64,000 bases of DNA from the NCBI GenBank assembly GCA_016938015.1, contig JAFGVL010000072.1, positions 1,904 to 65,903 on the forward strand, given 5' to 3'. The notes beneath the pieces were generated by a model, which was not told where the DNA came from, made no database searches, and saw only the letters and a list, made by a program, of their open reading frames with translations. This DNA comes from Paludibacteraceae bacterium. GTDB lineage: Bacteria > Bacteroidota > Bacteroidia > Bacteroidales > Paludibacteraceae. Below, piece after piece: positions 19,240 to 28,238 of this stretch (positions are counted from its first letter, which is position 1; each line of letters starts with the position of its first letter). Position numbers and translations under genes: made by a program.

Positions 19240-20496
19240 ATGAATACCTTGGTTTTAATTATAGTAGCATTAGCATTTTCCGGTTTTTTTTCCGGTATGG
19301 AAATAGCATTTATATCGGCCAATAAACTTCGGTTTGAGCTCGATAAAAAGAGCAATTCTATTACCTATTTGTTGCTGGATGTATTGTTTAAAAACCCGCA
19401 GCAATTTATTTCTACTTTGTTGGTGGGAAATAATATAGCTTTGGTGGTGTATGGATTACAAATGGCAAAACTACTTGAGAGTCCTTTAAATGTGTTGTAT
19501 CCTAATCCTGTTTTTGTTACTGTTGCACAAACAATTATCTCTACCCTAGTGGTGTTGTTTACAGCTGAATTTATACCTAAAACACTCTCCAGAATAAACC
19601 CTAACCTTTGGTTAAAAGTTTTTTCGTTACCCTTATTTTTTTCGTATGTTTTGTTGTATCCTATTTCGAAAATTGCAACGGCAATTTCTATGATTATTCT
19701 TAAAATAGGAGGGGTGAAAATTGATAAAGCACTTGCCGAAAACTCTTTTAACAGAAATGATTTGGATTTTTTAGTGCAAGAAAGCATTGATAATATCCCC
19801 AAAAATGAAGAAATTGACCACGAGGTAAAAATTTTTCAAAATGCACTCGATTTTTCTGAAGTAAGATTACGCGAGTGTATGGTCCCTCGAACCGAAATAA
19901 TTGCAATTGAAGAAAACACTTCACTAACTGAGTTGAAAAATAAATTTATTGAAACCGGTCTCTCCAAAATTTTAGTGTACAAAGATAATATCGATAACAT
20001 TATTGGTTATATACATACTGCAGAGATGTTTAAAAATGCAGAAAATTGGAAAGACTCAGTATCGCCCGTTGCTATTGTGCCCGAAACTATGCCTGCCAGT
20101 AAACTGTTGAAACAGTTTATGCAACAAAAAAGACATATTGCCGTAATTGTGGATGAATTTGGCGGAATTGCCGGTATTGTTACGTTAGAAGATGTGATTG
20201 AAGAAATCTTTGGTGAAATTGAAGACGAACACGACAGCATAAAACTGATATCAAGAAAACTCAACGAAAAAGAATTTCTACTTTCCGGAAGACTCGAAAT
20301 AGATGCTGTAAACGAAATTTTCAATCTCAATTTACCTGAATCCGATTCGTATGTTACGGTAGCCGGTTTTATATTGGAACAATATCAAAACTTCCCGAAA
20401 TTGAACGAAAATATTGTGATTGATAATTTTGAATTTAAAATTTTAAGGGTTTCGAACAATAAAATTGAGTTGGTTAAATTAAAGCTTATCAAATAA
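19240..20496 (+). CDS. CNNM/hemolysin-family protein (DUF21 + CBS pair + CorC_HlyC), GldE-like
   Basis: N-terminal 4-TM DUF21 region, a CBS pair (ECMVPRTEIIAIEEN..., AVIVDEFGGIAGIVTLEDVIEEIFGEIEDEHD) and a C-terminal CorC/HlyC transporter-associated domain. Confidence 0.85.
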   Translation: MNTLVLIIVALAFSGFFSGMEIAFISANKLRFELDKKSNSITYLLLDVLFKNPQQFISTLLVGNNIALVVYGLQMAKLLESPLNVLYPNPVFVTVAQTIISTLVVLFTAEFIPKTLSRINPNLWLKVFSLPLFFSYVLLYPISKIATAISMIILKIGGVKIDKALAENSFNRNDLDFLVQESIDNIPKNEEIDHEVKIFQNALDFSEVRLRECMVPRTEIIAIEENTSLTELKNKFIETGLSKILVYKDNIDNIIGYIHTAEMFKNAENWKDSVSPVAIVPETMPASKLLKQFMQQKRHIAVIVDEFGGIAGIVTLEDVIEEIFGEIEDEHDSIKLISRKLNEKEFLLSGRLEIDAVNEIFNLNLPESDSYVTVAGFILEQYQNFPKLNENIVIDNFEFKILRVSNNKIELVKLKLIK

Positions 20497-20593
20497 AATT
20501 ATTGTGTATTCAGTTTTCTATTCTTTATTATTTTTTTGTATATTCGTGCGCTCAAAAAGCGTAATAAATAGGATTAATTAAACAGAACAACAA

Positions 20594-22711
20594 ATGGCAA
20601 CATTAGAGAGAATTAGAAGTAAAGGTATTTTTTTGTTAGTAATTATTGGATTGGCTTTACTCGCTTTTATAGTAGGTGATTTTTTAAATAGTAGTAGTTC
20701 GTGGTTTCGTCAATCGCAAGAAAATGTGGTTGAGATAGATGGCGAAGTAATAAAAATACAACAGTATCAAGAGTTGATAGATCAACTTACTGAAGTGTAC
20801 AAAATAGAATATGGCATGTCTAATTTAGATGAAAACACTATTACACAACTTCGCCAATCTGTTTGGGAAACTCTTGTGCGTCAAAATATATTGAATACTG
20901 AAGCTGAAAAAATTGGGTTAACTGTTGGTGCTCAAGAAATGAAAGACCTTACTATAGGAAATACTCCTCATCAATTAGTATTGGGCCGACGTATTTTTAT
21001 GAATCCGCAAACCGGCATGTTTGATAAAAATCGCTTAATTGATTTTTTAAAACAATTGGATAAAAAACCGGCCAATGTTCAAGAACAGGAACAACTCAAT
21101 TTGTATAAAAAATACTGGATGTATTTTGAAAATACTATTAAAACAGGGAAACTCGAAGAAAAATATACCGTTCTTATAAACAAAGCTCTGAACGCCAATT
21201 CTTTGGAAGCCAAAATGGCGTATAAGTCGACCAGAAATACCGTAGATGTGTTGTATGTGTTAAAACCTTATTCGGCCATTGCTGATGATAAGATTAAAGT
21301 AACAGACGATGAAATTGCCGCTAAATATGAATTAATTAAAGAACGCTTCAAACAAGAAAATAACCGTGATGTAAAGTTTGTTTCGTTCAATTTAATGCCT
21401 AGTCAGCAAGATTTTAAAAAAGCACAAGACTGGATTAATAATTTAAAAACTGATTTTTCTACCACCTCAGATATTGCATCGGTAGTTAATCCAAATTCAA
21501 AACCTTACAATGATGTTGCTCTTTCGGCAAAAGATATCGACTCCGATTTAAAAGATTTTGCTTTTAGTGCCTCAAAAGATGCTGTATTTGGACCGGTATT
21601 ATTTGGCAATACCTTTAAAATGGCAAGAGTAATGGAAGCAGGCATTTCTGCTCCCGATTCAATTAAACTCAGACACATTGTAGTGGCAACTCAAGATTCT
21701 GTAAAAACAAAAGTATTAGCCGATAGCATTATGGGAGCCTTAAAATCGGGTGCCGATTTTGCCTCTCTTGCGGTTAAATATTCTCAAATGCAAGAATCAG
21801 CTACAAAAGGTGGCGAAATAGGATGGATTCCGGTTGCGGCTTCCGAACAAAAAATTATTACTGCTTGCTTGGCACAACCAATTAACAACTATTTTACCTA
21901 CAAAGATGGTAGTGCTATTCAAATTATACAAGTTACCGAAAAAACGGCTAATGTAAGAAAAGTTAAGTTGGCGGTTATTACTAACGAGGTAAATCCAAGT
22001 CAGGATACATACAGTAAAATATACAACGAAGCAAAACAGTTTGCCGCTAATTTTAATACTTCCGATAAGTTTGAAAAAGGAGCGCAACAAAAAGGGTATA
22101 TCGTTCAACCAATTATGGCATTGGATGAAAATGCTCCCACATTGGCGGGAGTAAAAAATTCCAGACAAGTTGTTAGATGGGCATTTGAGGCCGAAGAAGC
22201 AGGTGTTGTTTCTGATGTGTACGATTGCGAAAAACAGTTTGTGGTTGCAACAGTAACGGCAATCAATAAAAAAGGATACAAAGAACTCGCCGTTGTAAAA
22301 GACGAAGTGAAAAGTATTATTATTCCGGATAAAAAGGCAAAACTGATAATGGACGAAATTAACGCCAAAAAAGCTGCCGATATTACCACCTTGGCTACTC
22401 AATTAGCACTTAAGGTAGATAGCGCAAAAGAAGTAAATTTTGAAGGTTCTTCTTTTGGTGTGGTGGGTTACGAACCTGCTGTTATTGCTCAAGCATCAAT
22501 GAGTTCGCTAAATAAACTATCAAAACCAATACAAGGTAAACAAGGAGTATATGTATTACAAGCCTATAAAATCTTTACAAATCCCGTTCAATTCGATCCT
22601 AAAATGGATAAATTAGGCCTAACTATGCGTTATGCAAATGCTGCCTATGGAGCCATCGATGCTTTAAAAGAAAAATCAGAAATTGTAGATAACAGATCTA
22701 GATTTTATTGA
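20594..22711 (+). CDS. Periplasmic chaperone / peptidyl-prolyl isomerase, PpiD-like
   Basis: 705 aa with an N-terminal membrane anchor (GIFLLVIIGLALLAFIV), a SurA_N-like region and a parvulin segment (IKLRHIVVA...GADFASLAVKYSQ...GGEIGWI). Confidence 0.8.
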   Translation: MATLERIRSKGIFLLVIIGLALLAFIVGDFLNSSSSWFRQSQENVVEIDGEVIKIQQYQELIDQLTEVYKIEYGMSNLDENTITQLRQSVWETLVRQNILNTEAEKIGLTVGAQEMKDLTIGNTPHQLVLGRRIFMNPQTGMFDKNRLIDFLKQLDKKPANVQEQEQLNLYKKYWMYFENTIKTGKLEEKYTVLINKALNANSLEAKMAYKSTRNTVDVLYVLKPYSAIADDKIKVTDDEIAAKYELIKERFKQENNRDVKFVSFNLMPSQQDFKKAQDWINNLKTDFSTTSDIASVVNPNSKPYNDVALSAKDIDSDLKDFAFSASKDAVFGPVLFGNTFKMARVMEAGISAPDSIKLRHIVVATQDSVKTKVLADSIMGALKSGADFASLAVKYSQMQESATKGGEIGWIPVAASEQKIITACLAQPINNYFTYKDGSAIQIIQVTEKTANVRKVKLAVITNEVNPSQDTYSKIYNEAKQFAANFNTSDKFEKGAQQKGYIVQPIMALDENAPTLAGVKNSRQVVRWAFEAEEAGVVSDVYDCEKQFVVATVTAINKKGYKELAVVKDEVKSIIIPDKKAKLIMDEINAKKAADITTLATQLALKVDSAKEVNFEGSSFGVVGYEPAVIAQASMSSLNKLSKPIQGKQGVYVLQAYKIFTNPVQFDPKMDKLGLTMRYANAAYGAIDALKEKSEIVDNRSRFY

Positions 22712-22727
22712 TTTATTAAAATACTAT

Positions 22728-22770
22728 AAAAGAAACGGAATGATGTTTATCATTCCGTTTCTTTTATTCA
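22728..22770 (+). terminator. Rho-independent terminator after the ppiD-like gene
   Basis: Perfect 17-bp stem AAAAGAAACGGAATGAT / ATCATTCCGTTTCTTTT (22728-22744 / 22749-22765) with loop GTTT. The 3' arm ends in a T-run. Confidence 0.85.
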
Positions 22771-22799
22771 GATGTTTCCTAATCTTTGAAAAAAACAGT

Positions 22800-23831
22800 A
22801 TGCAACCCGATATCCTTCTTGGTAAAACGCTTCATGAAATTCAACTCATTTGCTCTGAGTTTGGATTACCTTCTTATACAGCCAAACAAATTTGTGAATG
22901 GTTGTATCAAAAAAGAATTGTTGATATTGATCAAATGACCAATATTTCTCAGAAAAACAGACTTTTGTTGAAACAAAATTTTGTGGTGGGAAGAAATATG
23001 GCACATGAAGTACAAGAATCGGTTGACGGCACCAAAAAATACCTTTTTAAAGTAAGTGCCGGCTATATCGAAACTGTTTATATCCCCGAAGAAGAAAGAG
23101 CTACACTATGCGTGTCGTCTCAGGTTGGTTGCAAAATGAATTGTCTTTTTTGTATGACAGGGAAGCAAGGTTTTTCAGGAAATTTAAGCACCGGTGAAAT
23201 TATCAATCAAATACTATCTATTCCTGAGTTTGATAATCTTACAAATATTGTGTTTATGGGTATGGGAGAACCTTTTGATAATACACTCCCTATGCTGCAT
23301 GCCTTAGAAATTCTTACTTCGTTTTATGGGTTTGCATGGAGCCCTCGGCGAATTACAGTTTCCAGCATTGGATTAATTCCAGGAATGAAAGTTTTTTTAG
23401 AAGAATCGAAATGTCATTTAGCCATTAGTTTGCATAATCCTTTTTCTAAAGAAAGAGAACTGCTTATGCCCACCGAAAAAGCTTATAAATTTGAAACAAT
23501 ACTCCAGTTATTAAAAATGTACGACTTCAAACATCAACGAAGAGTATCTTTTGAATATATACTATTTGAAGGTGTTAATGATACTATGCGGCATGCAAGA
23601 GAACTGGTTCGCTTACTATCTGGTATAGAATGTAGAGTTAATTTAATCGCTTTTCATCCTATTCCGGGTGTCGATTTAAAAGGTACAGATGCCGCACAAA
23701 TGATAAAATTCAGAGATTATTTAACCGAAAACAAAATTGTTACCACCATACGCAAATCTCGCGGAGAAGATATTTTGGCAGCATGTGGTATGCTTTCTAC
23801 TTCAAAAAGTAGTGAAGAAAAAAATAATTGA
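22800..23831 (+). CDS. rlmN: 23S rRNA (adenine2503-C2)-methyltransferase RlmN (radical SAM)
   Basis: Radical-SAM cluster motif GCKMNCLFCMTG, plus GMGEP and the C-terminal AACGML typical of RlmN/Cfr. I chose the ATG at 22800 (MQPDILLGK...) because the track start at 22740 lies inside the upstream terminator hairpin. Confidence 0.9.
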   Translation: MQPDILLGKTLHEIQLICSEFGLPSYTAKQICEWLYQKRIVDIDQMTNISQKNRLLLKQNFVVGRNMAHEVQESVDGTKKYLFKVSAGYIETVYIPEEERATLCVSSQVGCKMNCLFCMTGKQGFSGNLSTGEIINQILSIPEFDNLTNIVFMGMGEPFDNTLPMLHALEILTSFYGFAWSPRRITVSSIGLIPGMKVFLEESKCHLAISLHNPFSKERELLMPTEKAYKFETILQLLKMYDFKHQRRVSFEYILFEGVNDTMRHARELVRLLSGIECRVNLIAFHPIPGVDLKGTDAAQMIKFRDYLTENKIVTTIRKSRGEDILAACGMLSTSKSSEEKNN

Positions 23832-23871
23832 TTATTTTAGAGCTCTTAACCTTATTTAAATTTGTAGTTGG

Positions 23872-24909
23872 ATGAAAAAAATGCAGCGTTTAACCTTCTT
23901 TTTATTGTTGTTATTTACGATTACTTCTTGTAAAGATGGAGGTCCAATATTTCAAAGTATTACCGGCAGCCCCTACGAAGTTTTGGTGGTAGTGCGCAAT
24001 AAAACTTGGGATGCAGAGTCAGGAAAATCTCTTTTCAATTTATTAAATGGAGATATGCCTTCATTACCTCAAAAAGAGTCTTATTTTCAGATTTCAAATT
24101 GTCCGCCTTCAGAATTTAACAGCTTGTTTAAACCTACACGCAATATCATATTTGTAGATATTGATGAAAAAAGATATACCAAAGGAAATATCGTTTTTAG
24201 TAAAGATAAATGGGCTAAACCTCAAGCCTTGGTTAAAATAGTAGCACCTAACGATACTTCTTTTGTGCAATTAATTGAAGCTCGAGGAAAAGAAATAATT
24301 GATTATTTAGTACAAGCAGAGTTAAGCAGACAAATTGAGCACATTAAGAAACATTCCAATAAAAATTTTATGGCAATGATTCAAAAACAGTTCGATGTTT
24401 TTTTAGTTGTACCCAGTGGTATCAATAAGTATAAAAAAGGTAAAAATGTGATATGGTTGTCAACCGGAAGTGCTGAAGTTCGTCAAGATTTACTCATTTA
24501 TTCCTATCCGTATACTGATATCAAAATGCTAACGGAACAATCGCTGTTACAAAAAAGAGATTCGATAAATAAAGCCTTTATTCCGGGTCCGGTTGAAAAT
24601 TCGTATGTAGGAACAGAATATAAATATGATAAACCAACCTTCACACCTATTTGGGTGCAAGATAAGTATTGCGCCGAAATAAAAGGTATGTGGAAAGTAT
24701 ATGGAGATGCATCAATGGGAGGCCCATTTATAAGTCATACACGCATTGATGAATTGCATCAACGTGTAATTACCGTAGAAGGGTTTGTTTATGCTCCGGG
24801 TAAAAATAAACGAAATCACATCCGTCAGATGGAGGCCATATTACATACTTTGAAGGTGCCGGTTGTAATGAATGAGTTGGTAGTTACCGATAAAAAACAA
24901 AAAAAATAA
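23872..24909 (+). CDS. Hypothetical lipoprotein (345 aa; possibly DUF4837-like, name recalled not verified)
   Basis: Lipoprotein signal MQRLTFFLLLLFTITSC. The stop lies 6 nt before the pdxA start. Confidence 0.55.
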   Translation: MKKMQRLTFFLLLLFTITSCKDGGPIFQSITGSPYEVLVVVRNKTWDAESGKSLFNLLNGDMPSLPQKESYFQISNCPPSEFNSLFKPTRNIIFVDIDEKRYTKGNIVFSKDKWAKPQALVKIVAPNDTSFVQLIEARGKEIIDYLVQAELSRQIEHIKKHSNKNFMAMIQKQFDVFLVVPSGINKYKKGKNVIWLSTGSAEVRQDLLIYSYPYTDIKMLTEQSLLQKRDSINKAFIPGPVENSYVGTEYKYDKPTFTPIWVQDKYCAEIKGMWKVYGDASMGGPFISHTRIDELHQRVITVEGFVYAPGKNKRNHIRQMEAILHTLKVPVVMNELVVTDKKQKK

Positions 24910-24915
24910 TACGTT

Positions 24916-25992
24916 ATGGAGAAGCAAAAAATAAAAGTAGGAATAACCCAGGGAGATATTAATGGAATTGGTTATGAGGTAATAATAAAAACTTTATCAG
25001 ATAATCAATTATTTGAATATTGTATTCCCGTTATTTATGGCTCACCTAAGGTGGCTGCTTTTCATCGAAAAATGTTGGATATACAAACTTTTAATGTCAA
25101 TGTTGTTTCTAACGTGTCCGAAATTCATCCGAAAAGAATCAATATGATTAATTGTTCGGACGATGAAATTAAAGTTGAAATAGCGCAACAATCCCAAGCT
25201 GCAGGCGAAGCTGCTTTTGCATCGTTAGAGGCTGCCGTAAAAGATTTAAATGCGGGGTTAATAGATGTGTTAGTAACAGCTCCAATTAATAGAAAAAGTA
25301 TTGAAAATGAGCAATTCAAGTTTCCCGGACATACCGAATATCTAGAACAAGTTTTTGGTAGCAAAGGAGATGCGCTGATGCTCCTTGTAAATAATGGGTT
25401 AAAAGTTGCCATTCTTACCGGACATGTTCCGCTCTCTAAAGTCCCTGAACTTCTAACTGAAGAACTGATTATAAAAAAAGCAACAACTCTAAATTCAATT
25501 TTAATTCAGGATTTTGCTATTCGTAAACCTCGCATTGCTATATTAGGGCTTAATCCACATGCAGGAGAAAATGGCTTATTAGGTGTTGAAGAAGAACAAA
25601 TTATTACTCCTGCATTGAAAAAGTTAGACCAAAAAGGAATTGTTTGTGTTGGTCCGTTGGCTGCCGATAGCTTTTTTGGTTCCGGTCACTTTTCTCGTTT
25701 TGATGCTGTGTTGGCTATGTATCATGATCAAGGAATGATTCCTTTTAAATCCATCTCTATGAATATGGGTGTTAATTTTACGTCGAATTTACCTGTAATT
25801 AGAACAGCTCCTATACATGGTACTGAATATGAAATTGCCGGACAAAATATTGCTTCGGAACAATCGTTCAGACAAGCTTTGTATATGGCGTGCGATATTT
25901 ATTTCAATCGTTTGCAACACAAAGAAATTTCTGAAAACCCACTTAAAAAACAGTTGGTAGATAGAAACGAAAAAGATATTACAATCAGTTAG
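24916..25992 (+). CDS. pdxA: 4-hydroxythreonine-4-phosphate dehydrogenase
   Basis: GITQGDINGIGYEV, FPGHTEYL, GLNPHAGENG and AMYHDQG are PdxA signature blocks. Confidence 0.9.
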   Translation: MEKQKIKVGITQGDINGIGYEVIIKTLSDNQLFEYCIPVIYGSPKVAAFHRKMLDIQTFNVNVVSNVSEIHPKRINMINCSDDEIKVEIAQQSQAAGEAAFASLEAAVKDLNAGLIDVLVTAPINRKSIENEQFKFPGHTEYLEQVFGSKGDALMLLVNNGLKVAILTGHVPLSKVPELLTEELIIKKATTLNSILIQDFAIRKPRIAILGLNPHAGENGLLGVEEEQIITPALKKLDQKGIVCVGPLAADSFFGSGHFSRFDAVLAMYHDQGMIPFKSISMNMGVNFTSNLPVIRTAPIHGTEYEIAGQNIASEQSFRQALYMACDIYFNRLQHKEISENPLKKQLVDRNEKDITIS

Positions 25993-26085
25993 TATAAATA
26001 TGTTGTACAACAATTTTTTACTGCTAAACCTTTTAGGCATTTATATAATCAAAGCTGTAAATTGTTTAACTAATACACACAGATT

Positions 26086-26913
26086 ATGAAAACTTCTACA
26101 TTATCATTAGCCCTATTAATTACTTTCTTTTTTGCCACTGAAAGTATACAAGCTCAACGTAACGACAACAATAGAGAGGGACGAGGAAACTCAACACAAC
26201 GAACAAACACACGCAGTTCATCCGTTAGTAATCCCAACAGAGGTGCTGGCAATGTGCAAACAAGAGGAACTGTAACCAACAGGAAAGGTAGCGCAGTTAA
26301 TAATCGTTCTAACTCTCGCAATGAGAGTGTAGTTCGTAAAAATGCTAACTCTCCTGCTACCAACAAACATAATAACGGAAATGGCAATTCTAATAAAAAA
26401 GTACGCAACACAACTGTTATTAATAACAATACGCATATTACTACCAATCATGGTCCGTCAATGTCCAGAAGACATGCGGTTGTAAAAAGACATCCTGTTC
26501 ATCACACTGTTCGTGTAGTTGACCATTCGTACACTCGTTACCGTCATGCAGGACATGATTATTTTTACAGAGATGGGTATTACTACAGACACGGAAACGG
26601 TATTTATACCCGTTGTGCGCCTACTAGGGGTTTGCGTGTAGGTATCATTCCCGGTCATTACCACAGAGTAATAGTTGCCAGCGTTCCGTATTTTTATTTT
26701 GGAGGTATTTTTTACCGTCAATACGAACGCGAGTATGAAGTTGTAGCTCCTCCGGTTGGTGCAATAGTTCCCGAATTACCTGAGTATGGTGTTTCTGAAA
26801 TTATGATAGACGGCGAAATGTATTATGAGTTTGATAATGTGCTTTATAAACCAATCGTTACTCGTGATGGGGTTCAATTTCGGATAGTGGGCAATTTGAA
26901 TGTGAATAATTAA
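26086..26913 (+). CDS. Secreted protein with an N/R/S-rich low-complexity region, a His/Tyr/Arg-rich segment and a Tyr-rich C-terminal domain (possibly DUF6515-like, not verified)
   Basis: Signal peptide MKTSTLSLALLITFFFATESIQAQ, then ~100 aa rich in N, R, S and T. Next come RRHAVVKRHPVHHTVRVVDHSYTRYRHAGHDYFYRDGYYYRHGNGIY and finally VVAPPVGAIVPELP...GEMYYEFDNVLYKP. Confidence 0.6.
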   Translation: MKTSTLSLALLITFFFATESIQAQRNDNNREGRGNSTQRTNTRSSSVSNPNRGAGNVQTRGTVTNRKGSAVNNRSNSRNESVVRKNANSPATNKHNNGNGNSNKKVRNTTVINNNTHITTNHGPSMSRRHAVVKRHPVHHTVRVVDHSYTRYRHAGHDYFYRDGYYYRHGNGIYTRCAPTRGLRVGIIPGHYHRVIVASVPYFYFGGIFYRQYEREYEVVAPPVGAIVPELPEYGVSEIMIDGEMYYEFDNVLYKPIVTRDGVQFRIVGNLNVNN

Positions 26914-27020
26914 CAATAAGATATTTGTACTAAAAAGGGGCTGTCCAAAAAAGAAGTAATTCCTCAATGAGAATTGAATATTTGATAATGAACTGAGGTT
27001 GACCTCAAATAAAAACAGCA

Positions 27021-27060
27021 AAAAAGGGGCTGTCCGATACTTTTTGGACAGCCCCTTTTT
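27021..27060. terminator. Bidirectional terminator between 26086..26913 (+) and the carbonic anhydrase gene (-)
   Basis: 15-bp stem AAAAAGGGGCTGTCC / GGACAGCCCCTTTTT (27021-27035 / 27046-27060) with A/T runs on both sides. Confidence 0.8.
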
Positions 27061-27085
27061 AGTATAAACTAATGTGTTTTATTTT

Positions 27086-27712
27086 TTACGTATCAAAGAA
27101 AACAACTTCTCCGGTTTCAATATTGTATAAACCTCCTACCACTAAAATTTTCTCTTCTTTTTGAAGTGTATTAAGAATAGCACTTTGTTCTAATAGTTGC
27201 TTTATTACCAAATTTATATTGTTGATGCTTACATTGGTAACGAAAGTAGTGTTTTGACCGTTTCGGTTGGTCTGTGTTACAACTTCTTTATCAATGGCGG
27301 GTTTAATTTTTTTCAATAAACCGGAAAAATGTCCTGTTGTTACATTATTACAGGCACTTATTATTGCACCGCAATTGGTATGACCTAATACTACTATTAT
27401 TTTTGAGTTAGCCAGTTGGCAAGAGTACTCCATACTGCCCAAAATATCGTCGTTGATAATGTTTCCGGCAATTCTGATACTGAAAATATCGCCCAATCCT
27501 TGGTCAAATATTAGTTCGGCCGAAGTTCTGGAATCCATACAGCTAAGCACAGTAGCAAAGGGAAATTGTCCTGCAGAGCTTTGGTTGACTTGTTTTAATA
27601 GATTTCTATCTAATTTAAGGTTGTTTAAAAATCGTTTATTCCCTTCTTTTAAGTATTCTAGCGCTTGTAAAGGCGTTATTTTTTCTTGACTTTCTTTGGT
27701 GTGTACCCACAT
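27086..27712 (-). CDS. Beta-class carbonic anhydrase
   Basis: Zinc-ligand motifs LSCMDSR and GHTNCGA. Length is 208 aa. Confidence 0.85.
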   Translation of the reverse strand: MWVHTKESQEKITPLQALEYLKEGNKRFLNNLKLDRNLLKQVNQSSAGQFPFATVLSCMDSRTSAELIFDQGLGDIFSIRIAGNIINDDILGSMEYSCQLANSKIIVVLGHTNCGAIISACNNVTTGHFSGLLKKIKPAIDKEVVTQTNRNGQNTTFVTNVSINNINLVIKQLLEQSAILNTLQKEEKILVVGGLYNIETGEVVFFDT

Positions 27713-27736
27713 GGTGCAGCTATTGTTTTATGTGTG

Positions 27737-28228
27737 TTATTTTGATATTTGTTCTATTTCTAATCCTTTGATTGAATACTGTCCGTTTGTAAGTTTCTTA
27801 AAGGAGTTTAACATCGCTTTAGCCAATGTTTTTGTTGGTAAGGGCCAATTCGATTGTAAAAGTCCGATAGCGTTAATCGTTTTTAAAATCTTGGCGGCTA
27901 TTACTTTTCCTTTTCTATCGCTTGCATCCCTTAAAAGTAGAGGAGGATTAAATATAATCAGTTTCTTGAAAGCCAATTTTTTTACTTCTTCTTCTAATTG
28001 TCCTTTTATTCGAGCATAGAAAAACGGAGAAGAAGGTGAAGCATATTCTGAAGATACTAATATATAATTTTCTTTTGTAGCTTGTGCAAATTGATACCGG
28101 TAATTTGCTTAAGTATATTTGCTTTCGGTTGTTTTTAATGTGGTTTCTAAATAAGAAAACAAAATATTTTCTTTACCAAGTGTTTTTACCCGATTCCAAG
28201 AGCAGCTTTCTTATTTTTCAAAATAGAT
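27737..28228 (-). pseudogene. Decayed, 5'-truncated NAD(P)H-binding oxidoreductase gene (HTATIP2/TIP30-like atypical SDR)
   Basis: One minus-strand frame reads IYFEK*ESCSWNRVKTLGKENILFSYLETTLKTTESKYT*ANYRYQFAQATKENYILVSSEYASPSSPFFYARIKGQLEEEVKKLAFKKLIIFNPPLLLRDASDRKGK...LPTKTLAKAMLNSF. This is colinear with human HTATIP2 as I recall it (VDFEK..[67 protein letters not shown]). In-frame stops lie at 28213-28211 and 28111-28109. The Rossmann N-terminus is missing. Confidence 0.7.
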
Positions 28229-28238
28229 TTAATCTATC

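Noticed and set aside
21797-22402. Minus-strand ORFs 21797..22402 (201 aa) and 22105..22389
   Set aside because: They are antisense to the ppiD-like gene. The translation is Phe/Asn/Cys-rich junk with no signal peptide or domain. The sense gene has a clear parvulin domain across this stretch.
22740-22799. Track start of rlmN at 22740 (MMFIIPFLLFRCF...)
   Set aside because: These codons are the 3' arm and T-tail of the ppiD terminator hairpin. RlmN homologues begin near MQPDILLGK.
26154-26721. Three minus-strand ORFs (26154..26447, 26218..26451, 26458..26721)
   Set aside because: The repetitive AAC/AAT/CGN codon content of the N/R-rich sense gene keeps antisense frames open. The sense frame has a signal peptide and a conserved-looking C-terminal domain.
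27696-28019. Plus-strand ORF 27696..28019, and a first impression that 27737..27976 might be a SulP STAS-domain tail next to the carbonic anhydrase
   Set aside because: The minus-strand frame extends upstream across two stops with clear colinearity to HTATIP2-like NAD(P)H-binding proteins. The pseudogene reading explains the region better. The plus ORF is its antisense shadow.
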